The position numbers and the translations under genes were made by a program. Below the pieces are notes generated by a model. That model made no database searches. It saw only the letters and a program-made list of their open reading frames with translations, and was not told the origin of the DNA. Below, in pieces: positions 11,780-23,823 of a stretch of 64,000 bases of DNA; within the stretch, counting starts at the first letter, position 1; every line of letters begins with the position of its first letter. Source of the stretch: Octopus sinensis (taxonomy: Eukaryota); assembly GCF_006345805.1 (NCBI RefSeq), contig NC_043001.1, positions 53,506,001-53,570,000 on the forward strand, read 5' to 3'.

Positions 11780-12335
11780 GATGTGCCCCCCCTGATAAAG
11801 GATGGCCTATAGAAATAATCTAGGAACCCCACTGTCTGAAATTTCCCTGAACCCCAAGGAGCAAGTGCCCTCTCCAATTCATTCTCTCCGACGAATCCGC
11901 ATGTCTACACTTAGAGGGCTACCATCCACTCTTGCCATTTTCGCAGCTTTCACCCACCTTTCAATAAACTCACGCGAGGACTGCATTTCCCCCTCCATTC
12001 GCAATTTCTTTTTCAGGTGAAACTTGAAGAACTCAATCAGAACTCAACCAAAGAGCAATGTATCAGCCCTGATGCCTTTCAGCCTTGTCCACCAAACAAG
12101 TCCTTTCTCCACAGCCTCCAGGCAAAGAAAAACTGCTTTGCCTGCCGGATTGAAGGAGAGCAGCGTTGCGAAGACCACTAGAGATTCGGCAGACAGACGG
12201 ATCCGTCCCACATGTGACAGCTGATGTTCGACATAACCCCATACGTCAGCAATAACGGACGCTGAACAAGGGCATGTAGAAGAGTTACGTCACATTGCAC
12301 GCACCTCGGACAAGCAACTGGCCATATGCTTAGAA
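11780..12335 (-). pseudogene. Second, diverged L1/Tx1-like ORF2 C-terminal fragment
   Basis: Minus strand gives CPRCVQCDVTLLH...LVWWTRLKG...FFKFHLKKKLRMEGE...FIERWVKAAKMARV, paralogous to 10334-11060. Confidence 0.65.
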
Positions 12336-12517
12336 AAACCCTATCCATTAAAATGTGTGTGTTGTATTACAGGGAGATATTTCGCTACTTCGCCACCCCC
12401 AAGTTTTCAGTCATAGTATAACATCTCTTATTTTTCCCTCGCCCTAGTACGCTGTGTATGTCTCGGCAAGTGATTTCAACAAACACGTAGATTAAAAGTA
12501 AGTAAGTAATAATAATG

Positions 12518-12553
<36 letters not shown>

Positions 12554-12577
12554 TAATAATAATAATAATAATAATCC

Positions 12578-12784
12578 GTTCTATTATTGACACAAGGCCT
12601 GAAATTCCATTGGAGGAGACCAGTCGATTAGATCGAATCCAGTGTTTCACTGATGCTACAGTTATTGCCCGGAGAGGATGAAAAGCAAAGACGACCTCGG
12701 TGGAATTTGAGCTCAGATCGTAGAGAGAGACGAACTACCACTAAGCATTTCGCCCAGCGAGCTACGATTCTGCAGATCACCGCC
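12578..12784 (-). mobile_element. SINE family A, between (AAT)n tracts
   Basis: Homologous to 7014-7228. Flanked by (AAT)n at 12506-12576 and 12787-12900. Confidence 0.8.
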
Positions 12785-12807
12785 TTTATAATAATAATAA
12801 TAATAAT

Positions 12808-12886
<79 letters not shown>

Positions 12887-12921
12887 TAATAATAATAATA
12901 ATTATTATTATTATTATTATA

Positions 12922-14727
12922 ATGACGCGCAGTACGGGTATAAAATGTTTGATAAAAATATAAATCATCTCATTTATATGGATGATTTAAAGCTTTTTGC
13001 AAAAATGACCAACAACTCAAGGGCTTACTAGCGATAGTCAAACAATTCAGTGACGACATCAGAATGCAATTCGGCCTCGATAAATGTGCAAAAGCTACCT
13101 TTATCAAAGGAAAAATGACAGAAACATCTAACGTTAACCTTGACCAGCAGAATGTCATAAAAAGAACTAGACCCAGCGGAGAGCTACATGTACCTAGGGG
13201 TAATTGAAGGGAACGGAATAAGGCATTCAGAGATGAAGGAAAGGATCAGGAGAGAATGCTATCGAAGAGTGAGAGCAATACTCAAGACAGAGCTGAATGC
13301 AAGAAACACGATCGAAGCGATCAATGCATTAGCCATACCAGTCGTGACTTACAGTTTCAATATCGTTAACTGGTCAATTACTGAAATAAGTGAGCTCGAC
13401 AGAAAAATAAGAAAACTGTTGACAATGCATAGAATGCACCACCCTAAGGCAGATACAGAACGACTTTATCTGCCAAGAAAAGAGGGAGGCCGTGGTCTTT
13501 TGCAACTGACAATAGCAATGAAGATTGCTACAATTGGCCTAGACACCTACCTGAAAAAGTCTGAGGACTGGATGTTAAAACTTGTCTCAACACATGAAAA
13601 CAAGAAATCATCATACTCAGTAACAAAACGGGCAAAGGAATATCTAAGTGAATTCCAAATACAACAAATTTCGGAATTAGAGATAGACATACAAGAAACA
13701 AGCACAGAAAAAGCTAGGCGCTTGAAAACCCGTGCCAAAACTGCGGCCTTAGATATTCTGAATAATAATTGGCAAGAAAAACCTCTCTATGGCAAATACC
13801 CAAAGAGAGCGAATAATGCAGATATTGACAAAGCCCTGACCCATCAAAGGCTACTGGCCCCTGGCTTAAAATCTGAAACAGAAGGGTTTATCATAGCAGC
13901 TCCAAATCGATGCCTACCAACAAGAAACTACCAGGCCAACATATTAAAGAACGGCAGTAGCCCAACAGGTCGTGTATGCCGACAACAAAAGGAAACTATT
14001 GATCCTGTTGTCTCCAAATGCAGTCTTCTAGCGCCTACAGAGTACATCAACAGGCATGATAGAGCTGCACAATATATTCACTGGGTAATTTGCAAAAACC
14101 TGGATTTACCCTATGAAAAAAAACTGGTGGGAACACAATCCACCTCCAGTGCTTGAAAATGACGACATCTCACTCCTCTGGAACTTCACCATTCAAACTG
14201 ACAGAAAGATAGATGCAAATAGGCCAGACATCATATTGAAATACTTCAGACGAAAAAACAAGCCTCCTCATTGATATGACTGTCCCAATCGATATAAACG
14301 TATCTGTGAAGACCTACCAAAAACTAAGCAAATATAAAGATCTTGAAATAGAAATCAGCAAAATGTGGAACCTGAAGACTAAAACAATACCTGTTGTCAT
14401 AGGTGCCCTGGGAATGATAGCGAAAGGGGCTGATTGCTACCTAACTCAGATACCAGGAAACCCCAAAATGGCAGAAATTCAAAAGATAGTGCTAATGGGA
14501 ACTGCTCATACCCTACGCAAAATACTCTCTATGTAATCCCAAGGTTTAAAACAATTTTTTTTTAAATTTATGTATTAGACATTCACTAGTACAACACCAA
14601 AAAAAAAACAAATATATGGCACACTAGGCATAACAACAACGTGAACTTCCAACCTGTTGTCTCTTGAGGTCTCTGGGTGAGACATGGAGCCAACTTGTAC
14701 ATACATAAAGCAAAAGTCAAACATAGA
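12922..14727 (+). pseudogene. 5'-truncated R4/Dong-clade non-LTR retrotransposon (RT C-half, zinc knuckle, REL endonuclease, 3' UTR)
   Basis: YMDD at 12975-12986. ORF 13188-14156 has YLGV, HHPKADTERLYLPRKEGGRGL and the CRVC...ETI knuckle-like region. RPDI...LIDMTVP...KYKDL REL motifs follow, with the stop at 14534-14536. Several frameshifts. The 3' end joins (TAA)n. Confidence 0.85.
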
Positions 14728-14764
14728 ATAATAATAATAATAATAATGATGATGATGATGATGA

Positions 14765-15435
14765 TAGAAAACGAATGAAGCTTAAAATAGGTGGGCAAAG
14801 AAAATAATGCATGGGCAATTTCATAGGGATGTTGAAGATACGACAGACTAAAAGTGATTTCAAACTGGAAACGGAGGCTCGAATCTTTGCTGCCCAAGAG
14901 CAAGAACTAAGAATAAACTACATAGACTACAGAATAGACAACACATCAGAAAGTGATAAGTTCAGAATCTGTGGACAAAATAGTGAAACCTCTGGCATAT
15001 TACCAGCCAATGTATGCCACTTGCCAAGAAGGAATATAAGAAACGCCACGACAATACAGCAAAAAACTGATGCGACCACAAACCTGAAGGCAACATCGAA
15101 AACTGCAAAAATTCTGTGGGATTTTATGATTTAGTGCGACCATGAGCTAGAGAATAGGAAGCCAGATATAGTCTTAATTGAGAAAGAAAACAAACTACAC
15201 TGCATCCTAGATATAGCATACCCAGCTGACAACAAGGTATGTGATGAGGAAGAAAGAAATGTCGATAGATATGACAGGTTATCTTGTGTGGTTAATCAGT
15301 TGTGGTCGATGGAAAAGGTAGCAGTAATACCAATAATTGTCGGAGCCGTGGGAACAGTGAGCAAAATCTCGAGAAGCACGTGGAAAAAATAGGCGCTGAA
15401 ATAAGGGTGGAGAACTTGCAGGAAAGAGCACTGTG
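14765..15435 (+). pseudogene. Second R4/Dong-like lineage, C-terminal fragment
   Basis: MHGQF, ETEARIFAAQEQ, ILWDFMI, RKPDIV...LDIAYP, VIPIIVGAVGTV motifs across broken frames. Confidence 0.75.
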
Positions 15436-15903
15436 CGTGTGTCTGTACGTATGTATGTATGTATGTATGTATGTATGTATAATATTGCAAGGGCTTTTCT
15501 GTTCTATATCTGAAAAGCCTCTTTCTGCTGTGTATGTCTTATTATTCTTTTAAATCCTTGTTTTATGCGTACAACTCTTACATTATTTTAGCTTGCCTCG
15601 TTTGTTTTGGACCTTGTGTATACATATGTTAGATATTCCCTGAAGCATCCTGCCCTGGCATTACCAAAACTGAGTGGTATCAATGTTTAAAGCTTGAAAC
15701 CTCTAGGATATCGTGAACATTGGCTAATGAGAAATCAGGTGCGAATTTTCCGTGTATTGTATTTTGTTTAATCTACCGATTTTCATGATTTCCTGAATTT
15801 TCCGTTTATGTTTTCATCAAATATCTCGCTTTTTTTCTGTTCTCTCTGTTCAACTCTTAAAATATTGATGTAGCGCAACGCTCCCTCTACCTATTTCTTT
15901 ACT

Positions 15904-15910
15904 TGTGTGT

Positions 15911-15960
<50 letters not shown>

Positions 15961-15992
15961 TGTGTGTGTATGTGTGTGTGTGTGTGTGTGTG

Positions 15993-16066
<74 letters not shown>
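15904..16066. repeat. (GT)n microsatellite
   Basis: Seen directly. Confidence 0.97.
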
Positions 16067-16067
<1 letters not shown>

Positions 16068-16224
16068 GTGTGTTTGCGCGCAATCGCATCAAAACATTGG
16101 GTTCAGCAATGCAGTCGCCTGTATCGATGCGTGTTCATGAAATTGATAATAAATATATGAATTTAACACTACATTCTGTCTTCTTTAAACATAAATATTT
16201 GTGATTACCGATGTAGCCACACAC

Positions 16225-16342
<118 letters not shown>

Positions 16343-17799
16343 ATAGACATACAATGATATATATGATAATTGTATATGTGGTCAGTATAAATTAAACCGA
16401 ATATCTTTCACGCGTTATCAATTTTTTTCATCGATGAAAGTTATGCGATACACATTATGCGCTGTCTGTTTTCGGAGTAGCTTCTAAATTTATGATGATT
16501 CAGCTGTCGTTCATGCATTTGAATTTCATTGATCTTTCTCCCGTGCTCTTTTCGCATCTTCCATTTCACCATTATGTTGATGTTTGTGGTTATCCACGAG
16601 TGGTCAGTGTAAAATTACTGTTTTTAGTAAGCTTCATTTTTTCTACGTTAAGGTGACGAATTAGGCAGGTGTGAGATTTGTGATTAGAGTTGGTGTGAAG
16701 TACAATGAGACTGTGGTTTGTGGTGTTGAAGAAGTGGTGCGGAAGAGCTGTGTCAGGGAAAATGAAGAAGTTGATTATAGAGAAAATAAGGCAATTACAT
16801 AGCTTCCCCACCCAAACAACTTCCACACTATTCCTTAAAAATCAAACATTCCCTTAGCTACACACAAGACAGAAAATGACAGACAGACAGGTCAGTTATT
16901 CCACTTCAATATTTTGTAAATTCTTAAAAATATCTCCTTCTGCATACAGTACCACACAAATATGAGTTTTATTGAACTCAAAATATTTATTGTGTTTCCT
17001 TTCTTGAATACTTTCATGTAAACTGTTTTTACCATTTTCTTCTTGTGATCAAAGACTGTATAATTGAATTTTAATACTTTTGTACTAACCATATTTAATA
17101 CAACAAACCTTATACAAATGGGTGGGGGTGTAAAAAGGTTGAATTAGATTCTTTCTTTAATTTGGAGGTTTCCAAAAACGATTTCTAATATAGATTTTTC
17201 ATATTTTGCTGGTAGCTTACTGGCGGAAAATTGCGAATATAAAAATAATTCTTGTATATTGTGAATTTCTGGAAAGAAATCCCATAAAGCTCAAAAATGT
17301 TTATAAAAACGGAGGAGAGATGTTAAAATATATAAGAAAATATATAAGTCATGCAGACAATCGTTTCGTAGAGCGATATAAAAGTTCATGCAACTTCATG
17401 GTTAAATTAATTAGATTCAATTAAATCAACTCTATACCACTCTAATCTTCGTGGCAAGAAGTATAAACAAAAGTTTTACAAAGCACTTGATATTTATCTT
17501 TATGAGAAAATAAGACGTGTGGGTCGTGTTAGGTATTAACAAAAACTAAAACTAAAACTAAATATAGTTTTAGCTAGTGCCTAACTGGACTCACACATTA
17601 TTTTTTCTCATTAGTATAAATGTGAATCTCCTAGATCCCATTCTGTTTTTTCCTTTTCCAGATCCTTTGTAAAACGTTAGCTTAAACTTTTTGCGCTGAA
17701 GAGTACATTGTTATATAATTAATTTAATTTGATCTAATTAATTTAATTATTTCTATTCAACCATGAATATGCATGATTTTTATATAGCTATATGAAATG

Positions 17800-17858
<59 letters not shown>

Positions 17859-17865
17859 ATATAAA

Positions 17866-17897
<32 letters not shown>

Positions 17898-17904
17898 GGG
17901 CAGA

Positions 17905-18090
17905 ATTCACAAAAAAAAAACAAAGGACGAAGACATGTGGTGTAGACAATAAAGAGATGTATTAGTATACCGGTCGGGAAGTGAAAGAGTCTTTAATGTT
18001 TCGAACCTACGCTCTTTCACAGAAAGGAACACAGAAAGAAAAAAGGAGAGAAAATAAAGAACGCGTAGTGGCAAGCAATCTATCATGGGG
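17905..18090 (-). repeat. Dispersed repeat (family shared with 21440-21615) carrying a hammerhead-like motif
   Basis: The reverse complement aligns with 21440-21615 (gaagag(c/t)gtagg(c/t)tcgaaacatt...ttcccga...aatacac...cctgtcttcg). Confidence 0.65.
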
Positions 18091-18120
18091 AATAATATAA
18101 TGGTCATGATGGACTAATTC

Positions 18121-18545
18121 TATAGGCTTTTACTCCACTCTAAACGTTTTGCAACGTTTGTTTTAGAAAGTGGTGTTTTTCAGATTGCAGCCGTCCCGTG
18201 AAATCCGATTTTCTGCAGCTCCCGGCGAACAGTTTTTGTTGAAAATGGATTCTCGAGGTGGTTATTAAGCTCTGCAATAATTTTGGGAGCTGTACTTTTG
18301 TTATCCTTTCTAACAATTCGTGTAAGATTCCGGTGGTCTATTTCTGAAAGCTTTGGTTTTCTTCCGGAGTTTTGTTTCGACGGGAAGGTTTTTTTCCCTC
18401 TTTCTCAAAGGGTGTCAGTACTTTCAAAGCAGTACTTCCTGATACACCAAACATTTCGGTTGCTTTCGTTACGCTAGTGCCTGTCATAGGAGCACCAACA
18501 ATTTCACCTCTTTGAAAATCCGATAGATCTGTTATTTTAATGAAA
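18121..18545 (-). pseudogene. Tc1-like transposase N-terminal relic
   Basis: ITDLSDFQRGEIVGAPMTGTSVTKATEMFGVS... (paired-like HTH). Homologous to 32975-33297. Confidence 0.8.
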
Positions 18546-18732
18546 TTTAATTCCTTTTCAGTGATGATATCTGAAAAGAAATAGCAATTTAGGCAAAACA
18601 TATTAAGCAACACTAATAATAAATCGAAAAACGAAAGTAAATAAGCTTTTGACTTTTTGTAGATATTTCAAACTTATGATGCTATGATGCTGGGTGTTTT
18701 TATTATTATGTTTAAACACTGTATATATATAT

Positions 18733-18820
<88 letters not shown>

Positions 18821-21439
18821 AGATAGATATATCCATATATAAGTATGTACGATTTATAGATTGATACATGCATACATACATATATAGATAGATAGATATA
18901 CACTCAGAGTGACAGAGAGACAGAGTGTCAGACAGACAGACATATATCGATATATATATATAAAGATATAAAATTCGTTATATTCTCTCGAGTGCTCATT
19001 ATTGAAATCAAAACACACTTTGAACTACCCCATTTAGCGTCATGTCCACTGTGAGCAATTACAGATTTCAGCAACAAAATTTTAGTAAATGCTCACTCTT
19101 TTACCAAGTTTTCAGTTTTCCAACATCTATAAGCAATACCGTTGAACCATGCACATGTAAATTCATTAAATTTATATACCAACTAATCTCCCTTCTATTC
19201 TTTGCATTAAGCTAATTCACTCTAAGTCTTTCTTGGAAACCAATTCATTATGGAAATCGCCACTTGAAAATTGTCCATTAGTATTAGTTTCCATATTCTA
19301 ATGAATGAATTATATCTCCTGTACACTTTACTGGCAGATAAAGTATTCTCAGACAAAATCAGGCTTGAAGCTATTGTCGTATTTATCAGTGATCAGACTC
19401 ATTCCTGACTCCAAGGCTTCATTTAATATTTAATCAATTCCATTATGAAGCTAATTTCTTAGACCAAATCGATAGACATTTTACTTAATGCTGATGACTT
19501 TCCGTCACGTTATCGTTTGGATTTTATTTAGTCAAAATTATTTTCATTTGGTTCACAATTGAGTTTGTTTGCCAAATTTTAGTAATCTACTTTGAACCGT
19601 TCATACCACCAGCACATAAACTGGTGTTACTCTTCTTACACTTCACACCTGAAAAACGGCTTTATTTTCTACTTGCTTCTATTAATCATTCGCATAATCA
19701 AACTGAATTCACTTCATGCCTTAACCTTCAACCGTACTTCCTGTACTCGATAACACGAGTTATTTATAAATCAGTTCTTTATACGCCATTATTTCTATTT
19801 GATATTATCTTTCCTGTATATATTTCGAGGAGTTTAATTTTAAAAATTATTAGTGTTTCAACTACAAAAATAATATACTATTTGTTCACGTATTACTTTT
19901 TCACTAGGGTTCTTTTGCCAGAATTTTGTAAACCCGTACTCTGCTTGATATCACTGTAGATGTAGAAATTTATCGCAAGTTCTATATTAATTATACAAAC
20001 GGATACTTTGTAAATTATCCGTATGTTTATCCCGATGTATTATCGAAGGTTCTTTTATCTTGTTTCATGTTGCCAGTTTAATATTAAGCTGAATATCAGG
20101 CTTAATATCAAGCATGCGTACCAAATCTATGCTCGCTTTTTTTAATATTTCGCTTTACAAATACATTATTGTCGTCTTTATTATTCACATCACCTTATCT
20201 TGATGAACAATTACGTCATCGTTAACATCGTATCAATATCCTACTCCTTTCACCATCATGACCATTATACTCGTTCAGAAAGTCATTGTTATTGTTTTCG
20301 TCGCCGTCGTCGTCGTCGTCGATATGGTTGCTTTTGCTTTTAGTGTTATGTATCTAGTGTTACTGTTGTTTCTGTTATCCCTGAAGGATTAAGTTCTAGA
20401 TTTTCAACAGAGCAGAATTTGTGTAATCACTTGATGGCTATCCAAATGCTTTCTTTCCAAGTAATCAATATAGCCTAATTATACGAGCCAGTGAAGTAAG
20501 CAAATATGTTATTTGTATCGAACATTTTATACATGATATCTGTTGATGTTGCTCAAAGAAAAACATCAAATATGTAAAAGTACAGTGTAGTATTAGATTT
20601 AATTACCAACAATTCTATGAATATATATCTTAATGGAATATGAACTAATATAAAAGAATGACATTAGCATACATAAAAGATGTAAATCTTGGAATGAAAT
20701 TACATCTGATCAACTTAGATCAGTAATTTAGAAATTCGCTTAGTTAAAGTTTTCACTATAAGTATTTTACATATTTTATTGTGATCATTCTAGTGCAGGA
20801 TGATTGAATCTACGTAAATTTATCGAATGAAAGGTATATATTAGAACTGCAAATTATGGATACATTTTTGCAGAGTTATTACATAACAAAACAGGAAGTT
20901 GGACATTTCTTGGGTATAGTCAATTCACAATTAAACATGATTCATTTAATAATAGTACTTGAAAAATTATACATGTCAGATAAATTAGTAAGAAATACCT
21001 TACATGTACATTTTTTCAGACGGACAAAAGCAAATCATGCCAAAATGATATTAGGATGAAATGTTCGAAATTATTTACTAATCAGGAGTAGTAAAGATAG
21101 TTAAAGGGACGTACGAGAGAGCAAATGAGACAGTAAAGAAAAGAAGGAGTCAAATATGCACCTAACGCACTACTCCCAATCCTTCTTTCTGAAGAAAGTC
21201 TAATAAGAAATTTCTTATATATTTACCTAGCATGTAAAACTTGTAATTCCTGTTAGCAAATGAAACATGTGTAATGATCAATAAATGTTACCAAAATTTA
21301 TTCAAACTTTCTATTATGTCATATATATAATATATATATATATAATATATATATATATATTATATATATATATAATATATAATATATATATATATATATA
21401 TAATATATAGCCACCATGATTCACCACTAGCTCCAGAAG

Positions 21440-21615
21440 TTTTTTATTTTCTTTTTATTCTCTCTCTATTTCCCCGCGTGTCCCTGCCTGTTGAAGAGTG
21501 TAGGCTCGAAACATTGTAGATTTTCTCACCTTCCCGAGGGTTAGACAAATACACCTGCTTGTTGTCTTACACAATTACACCTGTCTTCGCCTTTTGTTTT
21601 TCTGTGACTTGCAAC
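21440..21615 (+). repeat. Dispersed repeat (family shared with 17905-18090)
   Basis: Aligns to the reverse complement of 17905-18090. Confidence 0.65.
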
Positions 21616-21666
<51 letters not shown>

Positions 21667-21727
21667 ATATTATATATATTATATATATATATATATATAT
21701 ACATACATATATATATATATATAACAT

Positions 21728-21765
<38 letters not shown>

Positions 21766-21799
21766 TATATATACATATATATATATATATATAAAATAT

Positions 21800-22880
21800 T
21801 ATTTGAGACAAAACCACTATTTTGCAAAACAAACAAGGAAAGACTTAATCAATACATAAAATTTAATAAATATTCAAAAAAACCGCCACTACAATCGTTT
21901 CTTGTCTTGATCGACAATCTTCAGGTGGACTTCCAATCTAAAAAATCAAAATTTTAAAATATAAAAATAATACTTTTAAATAATTAAAGTATAAATGAAA
22001 AAATATAAGTATATAATCCATATATAACCTATATATAATCCATATCGAAAATATAGACTAATTACCACGAATTCCCTAAAAAAAACATGATAAAACAAAA
22101 CTCTTAAAAAATATAACTAACGATAAAAACTCCCTTTGCTAAACTCTATAACAAACCTATAAAGTAAACCCCCTAACCTAAACATTCACAAACAAATACA
22201 CACACGTAAACCACAGACTCACGACTTATACACATACCTATACTAACTTATAAACCTCAATATACACCAAAACCCACTCCCTCCCCACACAGACAAATTA
22301 ACACATACATCCCAAAACCTAAATAACAAACCCATATACACATTCACACACAAACACACACTCACACGCAAAAACACTCACACACAAAAGATACATATAC
22401 TCCCTCACATATACGCCTATACATACTCACTAAACTCAACATATACAACAATACTTACACACCCACAAAAAACATTATATACATTTATGAGCTTTAACTC
22501 ACCTAGCATCTCTAACAAACAACTTGCAGTAACCCACTCCCATTCTCTATGCCTACCTCACTACTACACTATTCCATTCACATTCCAAGCAACGCTAGTC
22601 CACCACCCGGTTATTCACGTGGCAAAACGAACACCACTCAAAAATTATGAATGAAACAATGTAAAAAAATAACCAACACCTAAATAGACAAAATACCACG
22701 AATTACCTAAAAAAACCATGATAAACCAAAACTCATAAAAGCATATAACGATAAAATCTCCCTTTGCTAAACCCTATAACAAACTTATATAGCAATCCCC
22801 CTAACCTAAACATTCACACACAAAAAACCCACACGTAAACCACAGACCCAAGACTTATACAAAAACCTATACTAACTTAT
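21800..22880 (-). mobile_element. Non-coding Penelope/retrozyme-like element: G/T-rich body with two ~185 bp direct repeats and a 3' hammerhead
   Basis: Direct repeats at 22064-22251 and 22695-22879. Extreme strand bias (plus strand almost G-free). Hammerhead core at 21886-21928. Flanked on both sides by (TA)n. Confidence 0.55.
21886..21928 (-). ncRNA. Minimal type-I hammerhead ribozyme
   Basis: Minus strand reads CCAC-CUGAAGA-UUGUC gaucaa GACAA-GAAA-C gauu G-UA-GUGG. All conserved core nucleotides are present, with a 4-bp stem I, 5-bp stem II, minimal near-palindromic stem III and a GUA cleavage triplet. Confidence 0.75.
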
Positions 22881-22993
22881 ATATATATATATATTTATAT
22901 ATACATATATACTATATATACATATATATATATATACATATATTATATATATACTATATATATATATCGTAGTACAATACTATATATATATAC

Positions 22994-23044
<51 letters not shown>

Positions 23045-23050
23045 ATATAC

Positions 23051-23113
<63 letters not shown>

Positions 23114-23164
23114 CATATATATATAATACATATATATATATATATAAATATAATATATATATAC

Positions 23165-23197
<33 letters not shown>

Positions 23198-23233
23198 CAT
23201 ATATACTATCTTATACTTATTATATATATATAC

Positions 23234-23289
<56 letters not shown>

Positions 23290-23325
23290 CATATATTATA
23301 TATATATACATATTATATATATATA

Positions 23326-23381
<56 letters not shown>

Positions 23382-23385
23382 TATT
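22878..23385. repeat. Long (TA)n/(TATACA)n compound microsatellite
   Basis: Seen directly. Confidence 0.95.
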
Positions 23386-23759
23386 ATTACAAATTTGTGA
23401 ATCTAGCAATAGAACCACAACTCCTATTTCAGGACGACAACCTTATTTTCTGTAATACACATAGAAAGTTATATCTGATATAATAATGAATTAATATAAG
23501 CATTTTAAAACCTTCTATAAAGTACAATAAAATTAATTTTATAAAATATTTCTAAAATGTTTGAAACGAATATATACCTTACCTGGTATTAGTCTGTGGA
23601 GAAAGAAGATTAGGTCTGTTTATTTTTCAATAGTAAAGTGTAAAATAGTAAATATCCTGATAACCTGGAATACTTATTATTCCCTATTTTTTTAAAAAAT
23701 TATTTATATATATATATATAAATATGCATATATATAAATATGCTTATATATAAATATGC

Positions 23760-23823
<64 letters not shown>

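Noticed and set aside
15620-15725. AG...GT-bounded 106-nt segment
   Set aside because: Stops in all three frames.
19000-19800. Possible ancient RTE-like RT relic on the minus strand
   Set aside because: Only scattered weak motifs, and no YxDD recognised.
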